Positions 37,764 through 46,987 of a stretch of 64,000 bases of DNA are shown in pieces. Made by a program: the position numbers and the translations under genes. Position 1 is the stretch's first letter; the number at the start of each line of letters is the position of its first letter. The stretch is from NCBI GenBank assembly GCA_035763085.1, contig DASUBV010000339.1:2224-66223 (forward strand), given 5' to 3'. This DNA is from Streptosporangiaceae bacterium. Lineage in GTDB: Bacteria; Actinomycetota; Actinomycetes; Streptosporangiales; Streptosporangiaceae. The notes under the pieces were generated by a model. The model had not been told where the DNA came from. It worked only from the letters and a program-made list of their open reading frames with translations, and did no database searches.

Positions 37764-39395
37764 ATGGCCACCGATGCTCCTGAGCCACTCGACGAAGCGG
37801 CGATGCCCGACCCGCATACCACTGCCGGGAAGCTAGCCGACCTGGACCGGCGGCGCTACGAGGCGGTGCACGCTGGTACCCAGCGGCAGGTCGAGCGGCA
37901 GCACGCCAAGGGCAAGATGACCGCCCGCGAGCGGATTGACGCCCTGCTGGATCCCGGCTCGTTCACCGAGCTCGACGAGCTGGCCCGGCACCGGTCGACC
38001 GACTTCGGCATGGCCAGGAACCGGCCCTACGGCGACGGCGTGGTCACCGGCTACGGCACCATCGACGGCCGTCCGGTCTGCGTGTTCAGCCAGGACTTCA
38101 CCGTCTACGGTGGCTCGCTGGGCGAGGTCTACGGCGAGAAGATCGTCAAGGTCATGGATCATGCCCTGAAGACCGGGTGCCCGGTGATCGGGATCAATGA
38201 CGGCGGCGGCGCCCGCATCCAGGAGGGCGTGGTCGCGCTCGGGCTGTTCGCCGAGATCTTCTACCGGAACGTGATCTCCTCGGGCGTCATCCCGCAGATC
38301 TCGCTGATCATGGGCCCGTGCGCCGGCGGTGCCGTGTACTCGCCGGCCATCACCGACTTCACGCTGATGGTGGATCAGACCTCCTACATGTTCATCACCG
38401 GCCCCGACGTGATCAAGACCGTCACCGGCGAGACCGTCAGCCACGAGGAGCTCGGCGGCGCGCAGGCGCACAACGTGAAGTCAGGCGTCGCGCACTACCA
38501 GGCCGCGGATGAGCAGGACTGCCTGGACTTCGCTCGCGACCTGCTGTCCTACCTGCCCTCGAACAACCTGGAAGAGGCCCCGGTCCGGCCGCGCGGCCAG
38601 GAGGACCCGGCTGCGGCCCTGGCCATCACCGACACTGACACCGAGCTGGACCTGCTGATCCCCGACTCCACGCGGCAGCCCTACGACATGCACACGGTGA
38701 TCGAGCATGTGCTGGACGACGGCGAGTTCCTGGAGATCCACGCCGGGTTCGCCAGGAACATCACCGTCGGGTTCGGCCGGGTCGACGGATCACCGGTGGG
38801 CGTGGTGGCCAACCAGCCCATGCACTCGGCCGGGACTCTCGATATCGACGCCTCGGAGAAAGCGGCCAGGTTCGTCCGCACCTGCGACGCATTCAGCGTC
38901 CCTGTCGTTACCTTTGTTGATGTTCCCGGGTTCCTTCCCGGAACCGGTCAGGAATGGGGCGGAATCATCCGGCGCGGCGCAAAGCTTATCTACGCCTATG
39001 CCGAGGCAACGGTGCCGAAGATCACCGTCATCACGCGCAAGGCCTACGGCGGCGCCTACGACGTCATGGGCTCCAAGCACCTGGGCGGGGACATCAACCT
39101 GGCCTGGCCGACCGCCCAGATCGCCGTGATGGGCGCCGAGGGCGCGGTGGACATCCTCTACCGGCGCGATCTGGCCGCCATCGACGATGCCGGGGAACGG
39201 GCCACGCTGCGCGCCGAGAAAGCGGCCGAGTACGAGGACACGCTCTTCAATCCGTACATCGCGGCCGACCGCGGTTATGTCGATGCCGTCATCCGCCCCG
39301 CCGAGACCCGCGCCCAGGTAACGCGGGCGCTGCGCGCGCTGCGCAGTAAGCGCCAGACCCTTCCGCCAAAGAAGCACGGAAATATTCCCCTCTGA
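37764..39395 (+). CDS. pccB: Acyl-CoA (propionyl/acetyl-CoA) carboxylase carboxyltransferase beta subunit
   Basis: Strong PccB/AccD5 pattern: [45 protein letters not shown]-terminal KKHGNIPL. Confidence 0.92.
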   Translation: MATDAPEPLDEAAMPDPHTTAGKLADLDRRRYEAVHAGTQRQVERQHAKGKMTARERIDALLDPGSFTELDELARHRSTDFGMARNRPYGDGVVTGYGTIDGRPVCVFSQDFTVYGGSLGEVYGEKIVKVMDHALKTGCPVIGINDGGGARIQEGVVALGLFAEIFYRNVISSGVIPQISLIMGPCAGGAVYSPAITDFTLMVDQTSYMFITGPDVIKTVTGETVSHEELGGAQAHNVKSGVAHYQAADEQDCLDFARDLLSYLPSNNLEEAPVRPRGQEDPAAALAITDTDTELDLLIPDSTRQPYDMHTVIEHVLDDGEFLEIHAGFARNITVGFGRVDGSPVGVVANQPMHSAGTLDIDASEKAARFVRTCDAFSVPVVTFVDVPGFLPGTGQEWGGIIRRGAKLIYAYAEATVPKITVITRKAYGGAYDVMGSKHLGGDINLAWPTAQIAVMGAEGAVDILYRRDLAAIDDAGERATLRAEKAAEYEDTLFNPYIAADRGYVDAVIRPAETRAQVTRALRALRSKRQTLPPKKHGNIPL

Positions 39396-39446
39396 TTACT
39401 CGGATCCCGGGCGTTGATTCGGCCTCCCGGCCGCGCGTCCGGCATC

Positions 39447-40961
39447 ATGTCAGGCGTGGGGCACCTCAAGGCGAGCCTATATTTCCTAGCAAGAAATTGG
39501 GTATTTACTGCGGTCATGACCGCGGGCATTGCCCTGCGCGTCATCACCAGCGTCGGCTTCCCGCCGGCGATCTGGTTTGCGGGAGACTCGATCGTCTATG
39601 TCAACACCGCGCTGACCCACGTCCCGTCGATCTCCCGGCAGTCCGGGTACTCGCTGTTCCTGCTCCTGCTCCAGCCGCTGCACAGCTTCGCAGTGGTGAC
39701 GGCTCTGCAGCACGCGATGGGCCTGGCCATGGGCGTCATGATCTTCGCCCTGCTGCGGCGGCACGGCCTGCCGCGCTGGGGCGCGGCCCTGGCCACGGCG
39801 CCGGTCCTGCTCGATGCCTACGAGATCCAGCTCGAGCAGGAAATGCTCCCCGACGTGCTGTTCGCGTTCCTGGTCATCGCCGCGGTGACGCTGCTGGGCT
39901 GGTGGAAGTCGGAGGACCGGCCGCTGTGGGCGGCGCCGGCGGCCACCGCGATGCTGGGCTACGCCGCGGTGTGCTGGCCGGTCGGCCTGCCGCTGCTGAT
40001 CATCGCCGTGGTGGTGCTGATCATCAAGCGGGCCGGCTGGAAGGCCGTGACGGCGGGCGTCCTGGCCGGGGCGGTACCGCTGGTCATGTACCTGGGCTGG
40101 TATGACCGGGCGCACAATCGCATCGCCTTCAACAACAGCTCCGGCGTGTTCTTGTGGTCGCGCACCATGACGTTCGCGGACTGCGCGGTCATCAAGCCAC
40201 CGCCCGCCGAGCGGGTGCTGTGCCCCAACCAGCCGCTCGGGCACCGGATGTCGGCGTCACTCTGGATCTGGAACAAGCACTCGCCCATCCAGAAAGCGTC
40301 CAGCGTCCGGTTCACTCCCGAGATCAACACGCTGGCCGGGAACTTCGCCCGCCGGGCCATCCTGGCCCAGCCGCTGGACTATGCCCACGCCGTGGTCGAC
40401 AGCTTTGCCCTGACGTTCACCTGGGACCGGCCGCCGCACCCCAACAAGGGGCTGAGCCGGCGCTACCAGTTCGGCCTGGCCTGGCGGAACTGGGATCACG
40501 GCACGCCCCGGTCAGTTCAGATCATCCTGGTCCAGCGCGAGTACACCGGCGGCCACCTGGCCGGCACCCACATGGTGCACCCGTGGTCGACGTTCATGAT
40601 CGCCTACCAGAAGGTCATGTACCTGCGCGGGACCATGGTCGGCATCTTGCTGCTGCTCGGCCTGGGCGCGGTGGTCCGGTCCTGGCTGGCCGCCGGGTAC
40701 CGGCGGCGGCGTGACTTCGGCGGCCCGGCGCTGCTGCCCTTCCTGACCGGACTCGCCATCCTGCTGGTGCCGCCGATCACCGCGGATTTCTCGCTGCGGT
40801 ACGTGGTCCCTGCCATTCCTGCGGTCACGCTGGCGGCCGCCTACCTCTTCCTGCGGGCGCGCCCTGCTGACGAGGCCCAGCCGCCGAAGGCCGAGGAACT
40901 GCCCGACGAGGACGACGACGACAAGCGAATCAGCACCGGCCCGCTGCCGGCCCAGACCTGA
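39447..40961 (+). CDS. Polytopic membrane protein, GT-C-fold glycosyltransferase-like, paralog of 35896..37728
   Basis: Shares with the paralog: FAGDSIVYV, SGYSLFL, VVTALQHAMGLAMGVMIFALLRRHGLPRWGA, FLWSRTMTFADCAVIKPPPAERVLCP. Start is ATG 39447, or TTG 39414. Confidence 0.6.
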   Translation: MSGVGHLKASLYFLARNWVFTAVMTAGIALRVITSVGFPPAIWFAGDSIVYVNTALTHVPSISRQSGYSLFLLLLQPLHSFAVVTALQHAMGLAMGVMIFALLRRHGLPRWGAALATAPVLLDAYEIQLEQEMLPDVLFAFLVIAAVTLLGWWKSEDRPLWAAPAATAMLGYAAVCWPVGLPLLIIAVVVLIIKRAGWKAVTAGVLAGAVPLVMYLGWYDRAHNRIAFNNSSGVFLWSRTMTFADCAVIKPPPAERVLCPNQPLGHRMSASLWIWNKHSPIQKASSVRFTPEINTLAGNFARRAILAQPLDYAHAVVDSFALTFTWDRPPHPNKGLSRRYQFGLAWRNWDHGTPRSVQIILVQREYTGGHLAGTHMVHPWSTFMIAYQKVMYLRGTMVGILLLLGLGAVVRSWLAAGYRRRRDFGGPALLPFLTGLAILLVPPITADFSLRYVVPAIPAVTLAAAYLFLRARPADEAQPPKAEELPDEDDDDKRISTGPLPAQT

Positions 40962-41099
40962 GTTCTGGCCAGCGATCCGGGCAGCCGGGCGCAGGGCGGG
41001 GCAGAGCCGGGCGAGTTGGTTACAAACTGAGCGTAGTTGCCGAGTTACCTAGTGATACGGGACCGGCTTCCCGATCGTGCCACTAGAGTCGTCTCTACT

Positions 41100-42110
41100 A
41101 TGACCGAATCCGGTTCGCCGCTGCCGCTGCTGTCCCGCTACGCCATCATGGTCGATGTCGGGTATATCTACGCGTCCGCGGGAGAGCTGCTGTTCAGCGC
41201 CGCGTCCCGGCGCGAATACCGGGTTGATGCCGACAAGCTCATCCAGGCGCTGACCCGGCACGCCGAGGATCAGGTCCGGGGTGAGCTGCTGCGCATCTAC
41301 TGGTACGACGCTGCCAGGGACCGGGTGCCGACCATCGACCAGCGGGTCATCGCCCAGATGCCGTGGGTGAAGCTGCGGCTCGGCAACCTGAACGCGCGCG
41401 GCCAGCAGAAGGGCGTGGATGCCCAGATCCGCGCCGACATGGAGGCGCTGGCCCGGCACCGCGCGATCACCGACGCGATCCTGGTGGCCGGGGACGAGGA
41501 CATGGTGCCCGCCGTGGAGGCAGCGCAGGCCTATGGCGTCCGGGTGCACCTGTGGGGCGTGGAGCCGCCCTACGGGACCAATCAGGCCGAACGGCTGGTG
41601 TGGGAGTCCGACACCGTGGAGGTGCTGGAGCGGGCCTTCGTGGAGCCGTACTTCAGCCAGCCGCTGGAGCCCGCCAGCGGCCCGGCCGCGGCGGTCCGCC
41701 CGGCCGGCCCGGCGGCGACCCCGGCTGCCATGCCTCCGTCGCCGTCACAAGTGTTCGGCGAGCGGCAGTTCCCCCGGCAGCAGCCGCCCGCCAAGCCCGC
41801 GGCACCCATCCCGGCCGCTGTCAGCCACCTGCCTGCGGCCCGCCTGGGCCCGGACCGCGAGCGGGTGGAGGAGGCAGGCGAGCACGTCGCGCACCGCTGG
41901 ATACTGACCCGCGGCGACGACAACATCCGCGACCTGCTGCCAGGGCCGATCCTGCCCCCGGTCATCGACAAGGAACTGCTGGTCGAGGCAGAGAAAGAGC
42001 TGGGCCTGTCGCTGCGCGCCTACCAGGAGGCGCGAGAATGGCTGCGCGACGCGTTCTGGGCCCGGGTGCACCGCGAGTTCGGCATCGGCGTCGGTAAGTC
42101 GAGAGGATGA
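41100..42110 (+). CDS. NYN (LabA/PIN-like) domain protein with Pro/Ala linker and C-terminal helical domain
   Basis: YAIMVDVGYIY..., GQQKGVDAQIRADM, ILVAGDEDMVPAVEAAQ.YGVRV is typical NYN/DUF88 acidic-residue architecture. The stop overlaps the accE start (ATGA). Confidence 0.8.
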   Translation: MTESGSPLPLLSRYAIMVDVGYIYASAGELLFSAASRREYRVDADKLIQALTRHAEDQVRGELLRIYWYDAARDRVPTIDQRVIAQMPWVKLRLGNLNARGQQKGVDAQIRADMEALARHRAITDAILVAGDEDMVPAVEAAQAYGVRVHLWGVEPPYGTNQAERLVWESDTVEVLERAFVEPYFSQPLEPASGPAAAVRPAGPAATPAAMPPSPSQVFGERQFPRQQPPAKPAAPIPAAVSHLPAARLGPDRERVEEAGEHVAHRWILTRGDDNIRDLLPGPILPPVIDKELLVEAEKELGLSLRAYQEAREWLRDAFWARVHREFGIGVGKSRG

Positions 42111-42376
42111 CGCCCGTGCCCGACAGCCCGGAACCTGGCACGCCGGCCGGGCCGGCCGAGGTCGCAGCCGGCCAGCCGGCCCTGCGGATCGTGGCCGGCC
42201 AGCCGACCCCCGAGGAGACCGCGGCCGTGGTGGTCGTGTTCAGCGCGCTGGCCAGCCAGCTGCCGCCCGGCTTGCCTGCTCCGGCCCGGTCGCAGTGGGC
42301 AGCCCGGTCGCGGCTGCTGCGCGAGCCCGTCAGCCCCGGCCCTGGCGGCTGGCGCGCCAGCGCCCTCCCCCGCTAG
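42107..42376 (+). CDS. accE: Acyl-CoA carboxylase epsilon subunit
   Basis: LRIVAGQPTPEETAAVVVVF...SQWAARSRLLREPVSPGPGGWRASALPR matches the ACC_epsilon family pattern (..RGNPT.EE.AA.. / ..GPG.WRAS.LPR). Confidence 0.8.
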   Translation: MTPVPDSPEPGTPAGPAEVAAGQPALRIVAGQPTPEETAAVVVVFSALASQLPPGLPAPARSQWAARSRLLREPVSPGPGGWRASALPR

Positions 42377-42619
42377 CCCCTCCGGCCTGCCGGCAGCTCC
42401 TGCCGCCGCTTAAACACCCCGGTGCTTAGCTTGCCGGGCGGCTGGGTTGAGGCCTCCAGGCGGTGTCCTCGTCGTCGAGGTGCGGGTTCTGAGGCAGCCA
42501 CGCCGGATGCCGACGAGCCGGTGAAACCCTCTACCCGAAACCCGGCTGACGCTGGCAGCGGCAGACGGCTGCCGGGGTCAGGACGGCTGCGGGGTCAGGC
42601 AGCGGAACCGCGGCGCGAG

Positions 42620-43348
42620 CTAGCGAGTGTCGTAGCGCGGCACCGTGCTCAGCAGCTCGCTCACGTCGGTCCCCGGCGCCATCTCGGTCCCGCCCGGCGC
42701 GTCGCGGGTGAACAGCCGGGCAGGGGAGCCGCCGCCCAGGCTGGCCCGCCGGCCGCGGACGGCAAGCCAGGACCCCTCGCGCAGTCCCAGCACCGGCACG
42801 GCGTTGCACTGCAGGAACTCGGCAATCCGCTGAGCCCGCGTCTCGCCCTGGTGGGTGCTGGCCGGATCGGCGTCCAGGTAGTGCGGATTGACCTGAAACG
42901 GGATCAGCCCCAGGGCGTCGAACGAGGCGGGCTGGACGATGGGCATGTCGTTGGTGGTCCGCAGTGTCGGGCAGGCCATGTTGGTCCCGGCGCTCGCCCC
43001 CAGGTAGGGCAGCCCGGCCCGGACCCGTCCGGGGATCGCCGCTTTCAGGCCGGTGTCCTCCAGAGCCCGCAGCAGCCGGAAGGAGTTGCCGCCGCCGACG
43101 AAGACCGCATCGCAGCCGTCGAGAGCGGTGACCGGGTCGCTGACCTCGTGCGCGCCGGTGACCTGGATCGACAGCGGCGCCAGGGCATCCGTCATGACCT
43201 GGGTGTAGCGGTCATGGTCGAACCCGGCGAACGGCACGAACAGCATCCGCCCGCCAGGCCCGATTAGCTCGGAGATCACCCCGCGGGCGTGCTCCAGGAA
43301 CCCCATCCCGGGGCTGGTGGAATTAGACAGCAGCAGCAAGTCCGGCAT
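42620..43348 (-). CDS. pepE: Dipeptidase E (peptidase S51)
   Basis: LLLSNST....FLEH, FVGGGNSFRLL, YLGASAGTNMACPT (nucleophile Ser), FQVNPHY. Confidence 0.85.
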   Translation of the reverse strand: MPDLLLLSNSTSPGMGFLEHARGVISELIGPGGRMLFVPFAGFDHDRYTQVMTDALAPLSIQVTGAHEVSDPVTALDGCDAVFVGGGNSFRLLRALEDTGLKAAIPGRVRAGLPYLGASAGTNMACPTLRTTNDMPIVQPASFDALGLIPFQVNPHYLDADPASTHQGETRAQRIAEFLQCNAVPVLGLREGSWLAVRGRRASLGGGSPARLFTRDAPGGTEMAPGTDVSELLSTVPRYDTR

Positions 43349-43647
43349 GACTCTCCTGGTCGGGCAGGCGCAGCTCCGCCGGCCAGCCCGGCGGCGCGGT
43401 GGTGATGCTATGCCACCTGCGGCCGCCCCGGTGGCGACCGGCCAGCCGCGGGTCCGGGCAGGCGGCTCACTAGACTCCAGGCAGTGTCCCGCCAGAAGTC
43501 CAGAGTGTCCGTCTGGAGAGCCGGCGCGGACCGAGATGACCCGGTTCGGCGCCTGCTCGCGCCTGCGCCGGTCAGCGCAGCCCGCGGGCTCGGGAAACCC
43601 CGCGGCCCACTGGTCGTCCCCCGCGGCCAGCTGAAAGGAGCCAGGCC

Positions 43648-45429
43648 GTGCGCAAGGTGCTGATCGCCAACCGCGGCGAGATCGCTGTCCGGATCATCCG
43701 CGCTTGCCGCGATTCCGGCCTGGCCAGCGTCGCCGTGTACAGCGAGCAGGACCTCGATGCCCTGCACACCGTGATGGCCGACGAGGCCTTTGCGCTGGGC
43801 GGGGAGACCGCCGCGGCCAGCTACCTGGACATCAGCAAGATCCTCAAGGCGGCGGCCGACTCCGGCGCGGACGCGGTACACCCCGGCTATGGCTTCCTGG
43901 CCGAGAACGCGGAGTTTGCCCGCGAGGTGATCGCGGCCGGCCTGACCTGGATCGGGCCGCCCCCGGCAGCCATCGAGGCGCTCGGCGACAAGGTGAGCGC
44001 CCGGCACATCGCCCGGTCGGTCGGCGCGCCGCTCGCGCCCGGCACCGACGGTCCCGTGGCCAGCGCTCAGGAGGCCGCCGCGTTCGCGGCCGAGCACGGC
44101 CTGCCGATCGCGATCAAGGCCGCGTTCGGCGGCGGCGGCCGCGGGCTGCGGGTAGCCCGGACGGCCGAGGAGATCGAGAGCCAGTTTGAGTCGGCGGTCC
44201 GGGAGGCAGTGGCCTCCTTCGGCCGCGGCGAGTGCTTCGTGGAGCGCTACCTGGACCGGCCCCGGCACGTGGAGACTCAGTGCCTGGCGGACACGCACGG
44301 CAACGTGGTCATCGTGTCCACCCGCGACTGCTCGCTGCAGCGGCGGCACCAGAAGCTGGTCGAGGAGGCGCCCGCCCCGTTCCTGTCGGCTGAGCAGGAC
44401 AAGCTGCTGCGCGAGTCCTCGGCGGCGATCCTGCGCGCGGCCGGCTACACCGGCGCCGGCACCTGCGAGTTCCTGCTCGGCCAGGACGGCACCGTGTCCT
44501 TCCTGGAGGTCAACACCCGGCTCCAGGTCGAGCACCCGGTGACCGAGGAGGTCAGCGGCGTGGACCTGGTGCGGCAGATGTTCCGCATCGCCGACGGCGA
44601 GGCGCTGGACTTCACCGACCCCGAGCTGCGCGGCCACTCCATCGAGTTCCGGATCAACGCCGAGGACCCCGGCCGCGGGTTCCTGCCCGCGCCGGGCACC
44701 ATCACGGCCTGGCGCCCGCCGTCCGGCCCCGGCGTCCGGCTGGATGCCGGGTATGCCGCCGGGATGACCATCCCGCAGGCGTTCGACTCGCTGATCGCCA
44801 AGCTGATCGTCACCGGGGCGACCCGTGACGAGGCGCTGCGGCGAGCCCGCCGGGCGCTGGCCGAGTTCGTGGTCGAGGGCATGCCCACCGTGATCCCGTT
44901 CCATCGCGCGGTCGTGGACGACCCGGCCTTCACGGGCTCATCGCTGCAGGTGCACACCCGGTGGATCGAGACCGAGTTCGCCGGCGACATCCCGCCGTAC
45001 TCCGGCCCGGCAGCTGCCGGGCCGGATGAGGAGGCCGGCCGGGAGCGGATCACCGTCGAGGTCGGCGGCAAGCGGCTGGAGGTCACGATCCCCGGCGGGC
45101 TGCGCCCGGGGGGCGGCCTCGCCGGCCCGGCCAGAGCCGGCGGGACCGGCAGCGGCGCGACCAGCCGGGCCCGGCACCGCGGTCGCCAGGCCGGCGGGCA
45201 GACCTCAGCCGGGGGAAACGCCCTGATCAGCCCGATGCAGGGAACGATCGTGAAGATTGTTGCGACCGACGGCCAGCAGGTGGCCGCCGGCGACACGATC
45301 GTGGTCCTGGAGGCGATGAAAATGGAACAGCCGCTCACCGCGCACATGGCCGGCACGGTCAGCGGCCTGACGGTTCAGGTCGGGCAGACGGTGTCCGCCG
45401 GGGCTGTCATCTGTGAGCTGAGCGAGTAG
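43648..45429 (+). CDS. accA: Acetyl/propionyl-CoA carboxylase alpha subunit (biotin carboxylase + BCCP)
   Basis: [22 protein letters not shown]-grasp core, C-terminal biotinyl motif EAMKME. GTG start preceded by GAAAGGAG. Confidence 0.92.
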   Translation: MRKVLIANRGEIAVRIIRACRDSGLASVAVYSEQDLDALHTVMADEAFALGGETAAASYLDISKILKAAADSGADAVHPGYGFLAENAEFAREVIAAGLTWIGPPPAAIEALGDKVSARHIARSVGAPLAPGTDGPVASAQEAAAFAAEHGLPIAIKAAFGGGGRGLRVARTAEEIESQFESAVREAVASFGRGECFVERYLDRPRHVETQCLADTHGNVVIVSTRDCSLQRRHQKLVEEAPAPFLSAEQDKLLRESSAAILRAAGYTGAGTCEFLLGQDGTVSFLEVNTRLQVEHPVTEEVSGVDLVRQMFRIADGEALDFTDPELRGHSIEFRINAEDPGRGFLPAPGTITAWRPPSGPGVRLDAGYAAGMTIPQAFDSLIAKLIVTGATRDEALRRARRALAEFVVEGMPTVIPFHRAVVDDPAFTGSSLQVHTRWIETEFAGDIPPYSGPAAAGPDEEAGRERITVEVGGKRLEVTIPGGLRPGGGLAGPARAGGTGSGATSRARHRGRQAGGQTSAGGNALISPMQGTIVKIVATDGQQVAAGDTIVVLEAMKMEQPLTAHMAGTVSGLTVQVGQTVSAGAVICELSE

Positions 45430-45506
45430 GCCCGCGAGCCGGCCGGGCCCACCCGACGAGCACCCGGAGCCCGGCACGGCCGGGCTCACGACAGCGAGGA
45501 GCGATC

Positions 45507-45863
45507 ATGGCCAGGCTGCCCGGCGATCCGGGCGTGTTCCGGTGGCTGCGCTTCGCGGCCGGCTTCCGGCTGCCCGCTGAGAACCGGGACTGGGTCCGGC
45601 ACGAACTCACCGACGCGGGCTGGCGTGGCCGCACCGTCCTGCGGCACCTGGCCGTTATCATCCCCGTATGCGCCGCCCTGGCTGTGGTGGCGGGCGTGCT
45701 GCTGCCCGCGCCCGTGTGGCTGATCGTGATGAGCATCGCGCTGATCTTGTGCGGCAGCGTCTTCACCGTCGCGGCCTATGCCGACGACCTGCGGGCAACC
45801 CGGCTGCGCCAGCACGGCTTCGAGGTCCCCAACGACCCCGATCTGGGCCGCCCTACCCACTGA
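45507..45863 (+). CDS. DUF5313-like small membrane protein
   Basis: FRWLRFAAGFRLPAENRDWVRHELTDAGWR followed by two TM segments. Family call from memory of the pattern. Confidence 0.65.
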   Translation: MARLPGDPGVFRWLRFAAGFRLPAENRDWVRHELTDAGWRGRTVLRHLAVIIPVCAALAVVAGVLLPAPVWLIVMSIALILCGSVFTVAAYADDLRATRLRQHGFEVPNDPDLGRPTH

Positions 45864-45864
45864 C

Positions 45865-45890
45865 GGTGCCCGGCCGTCAGTCCGGGCACC
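45865..45890 (+). terminator. Hairpin immediately after the DUF5313 stop codon
   Basis: ggtgcccgg (45865-45873) pairs with ccgggcacc (45882-45890): 9-bp stem, 8-nt loop. Confidence 0.5.
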
Positions 45891-45903
45891 ACCACGCACA
45901 TGC

Positions 45904-45993
45904 CCTCCCGGCACAGCACCTCCCGGCATGGCACCCCCTGGCACGGCCCTGCCCGGGGTGGCACCTCCTGGCATGGCCCTGCCCGGCCGCTCC
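45904..45993 (+). repeat. Degenerate 15-bp tandem repeat (5-6 units; higher-order 30-bp unit)
   Basis: cctcccggcacagca / cctcccggcatggca / ccccctggcacggcc / ctgcccggggtggca / cctcctggcatggcc / ctgcccggccgctcc. Reads PPG[T/M]A / LPGVA in the frame of the downstream membrane-protein ORF. Confidence 0.75.
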
Positions 45994-46020
45994 GTGGCCG
46001 GCGGCGGGCCGGGACCGGCC

Positions 46021-46890
46021 ATGACAGGCGGGCGCCGCGCCGCGGCGGCACGGCATGTCGCCGTGGCCTGCTGGCGCGCGACAGCATCTCTCGCCGACCG
46101 GGTCTGGTACACCCGCCCCGGCCTCCTGATGCTCGCCTACATCGCCCTCATCGCCGCCGGCCGCCTGGCCGCCCACAGCGCCGGGCGCACGTCGAAGGAA
46201 GCGGGCCTGGAGGTGGCGGCCGCAGTGCTGCTGTTCTGGTGCTGGCGAGTCGCCCGCGGCGGCCACCTGTCCCGCCTCCTCCTGCTGTTCAGCACCTGGT
46301 ACGCGATCGGGTTCTCCGTCGCCCACCTGGCTACCTGGTGGGACATCCAGGACGCCGCCGTGCTGCTGATCAGCGCGGCTCAGCTAGCCCTGCTGCTCAG
46401 CCCGGCTGCTTACCTGGCGACCCGGCAGGACACGGCCAGGGCGTTCCGCAAGACCGGCCAGTGGCTGGTGCCCGTCGCCAGCGGCAGGCGCCGGGCCCCC
46501 TGGACCGAGCCGGCCCGCACGGCCCTGACGCTGCGGCTGCGGCCGCCGGGGTGGCTGCTCCTGACCGCTGCCGCCGCCGGGCTGCTGATCACGGCAGCGC
46601 TGCTGCCCGGCGTCCCCTACGCCGCCCTGCCGCACTGCGTGCCAGGCGCCCCGCCGCCCGGCGGCGCCGCGCTGAACCGCTGCGCCGGGTTCTGGCACGG
46701 CCTGCCGCTGCCGGTCTGGACTGTCGGCTGGCGCCTGCAGCCGGCGGCCTGGATGGCGCTGGTGCGCGACTGTGTCCAGTGGCTGACGGTGAGCCTGGCC
46801 GCGCTGTACGCGATCTGGCTGGCCGATCATTGCCGGCCGACGTCCCTGCCCGCCGCGGATGCCGAGCCTGCCGCCGTGCCGGCCGCATGA
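46021..46890 (+). CDS. Hypothetical polytopic membrane protein
   Basis: High GC3 in this frame and several hydrophobic segments (LLMLAYIALIAAG, AAAVLLFWCW, LLLLFSTWYAIGFSVA, WLLLTAAAAGLLITAALL). No recognisable family. The start could lie upstream within the repeat (ATG 45928). Confidence 0.5.
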   Translation: MTGGRRAAAARHVAVACWRATASLADRVWYTRPGLLMLAYIALIAAGRLAAHSAGRTSKEAGLEVAAAVLLFWCWRVARGGHLSRLLLLFSTWYAIGFSVAHLATWWDIQDAAVLLISAAQLALLLSPAAYLATRQDTARAFRKTGQWLVPVASGRRRAPWTEPARTALTLRLRPPGWLLLTAAAAGLLITAALLPGVPYAALPHCVPGAPPPGGAALNRCAGFWHGLPLPVWTVGWRLQPAAWMALVRDCVQWLTVSLAALYAIWLADHCRPTSLPAADAEPAAVPAA

Positions 46891-46987
46891 ACCCGGCGTC
46901 CGGGCCAGGCCACCCGCCGAGGGCTGCTCGGACTGCGGCTGTTCCTGAGCAGGAGGCAGGAGTACCTGCCCGTGCCGGGGCCGGCGG

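Noticed and set aside
45904-45993. Possibility that the tandem repeats here, or at 16905-16945 and 27941-28095, are CRISPR arrays
   Set aside because: The units are contiguous or nearly so, with no unique spacers of 25-40 bp. There are only 2-6 copies, and no cas genes are in the window.
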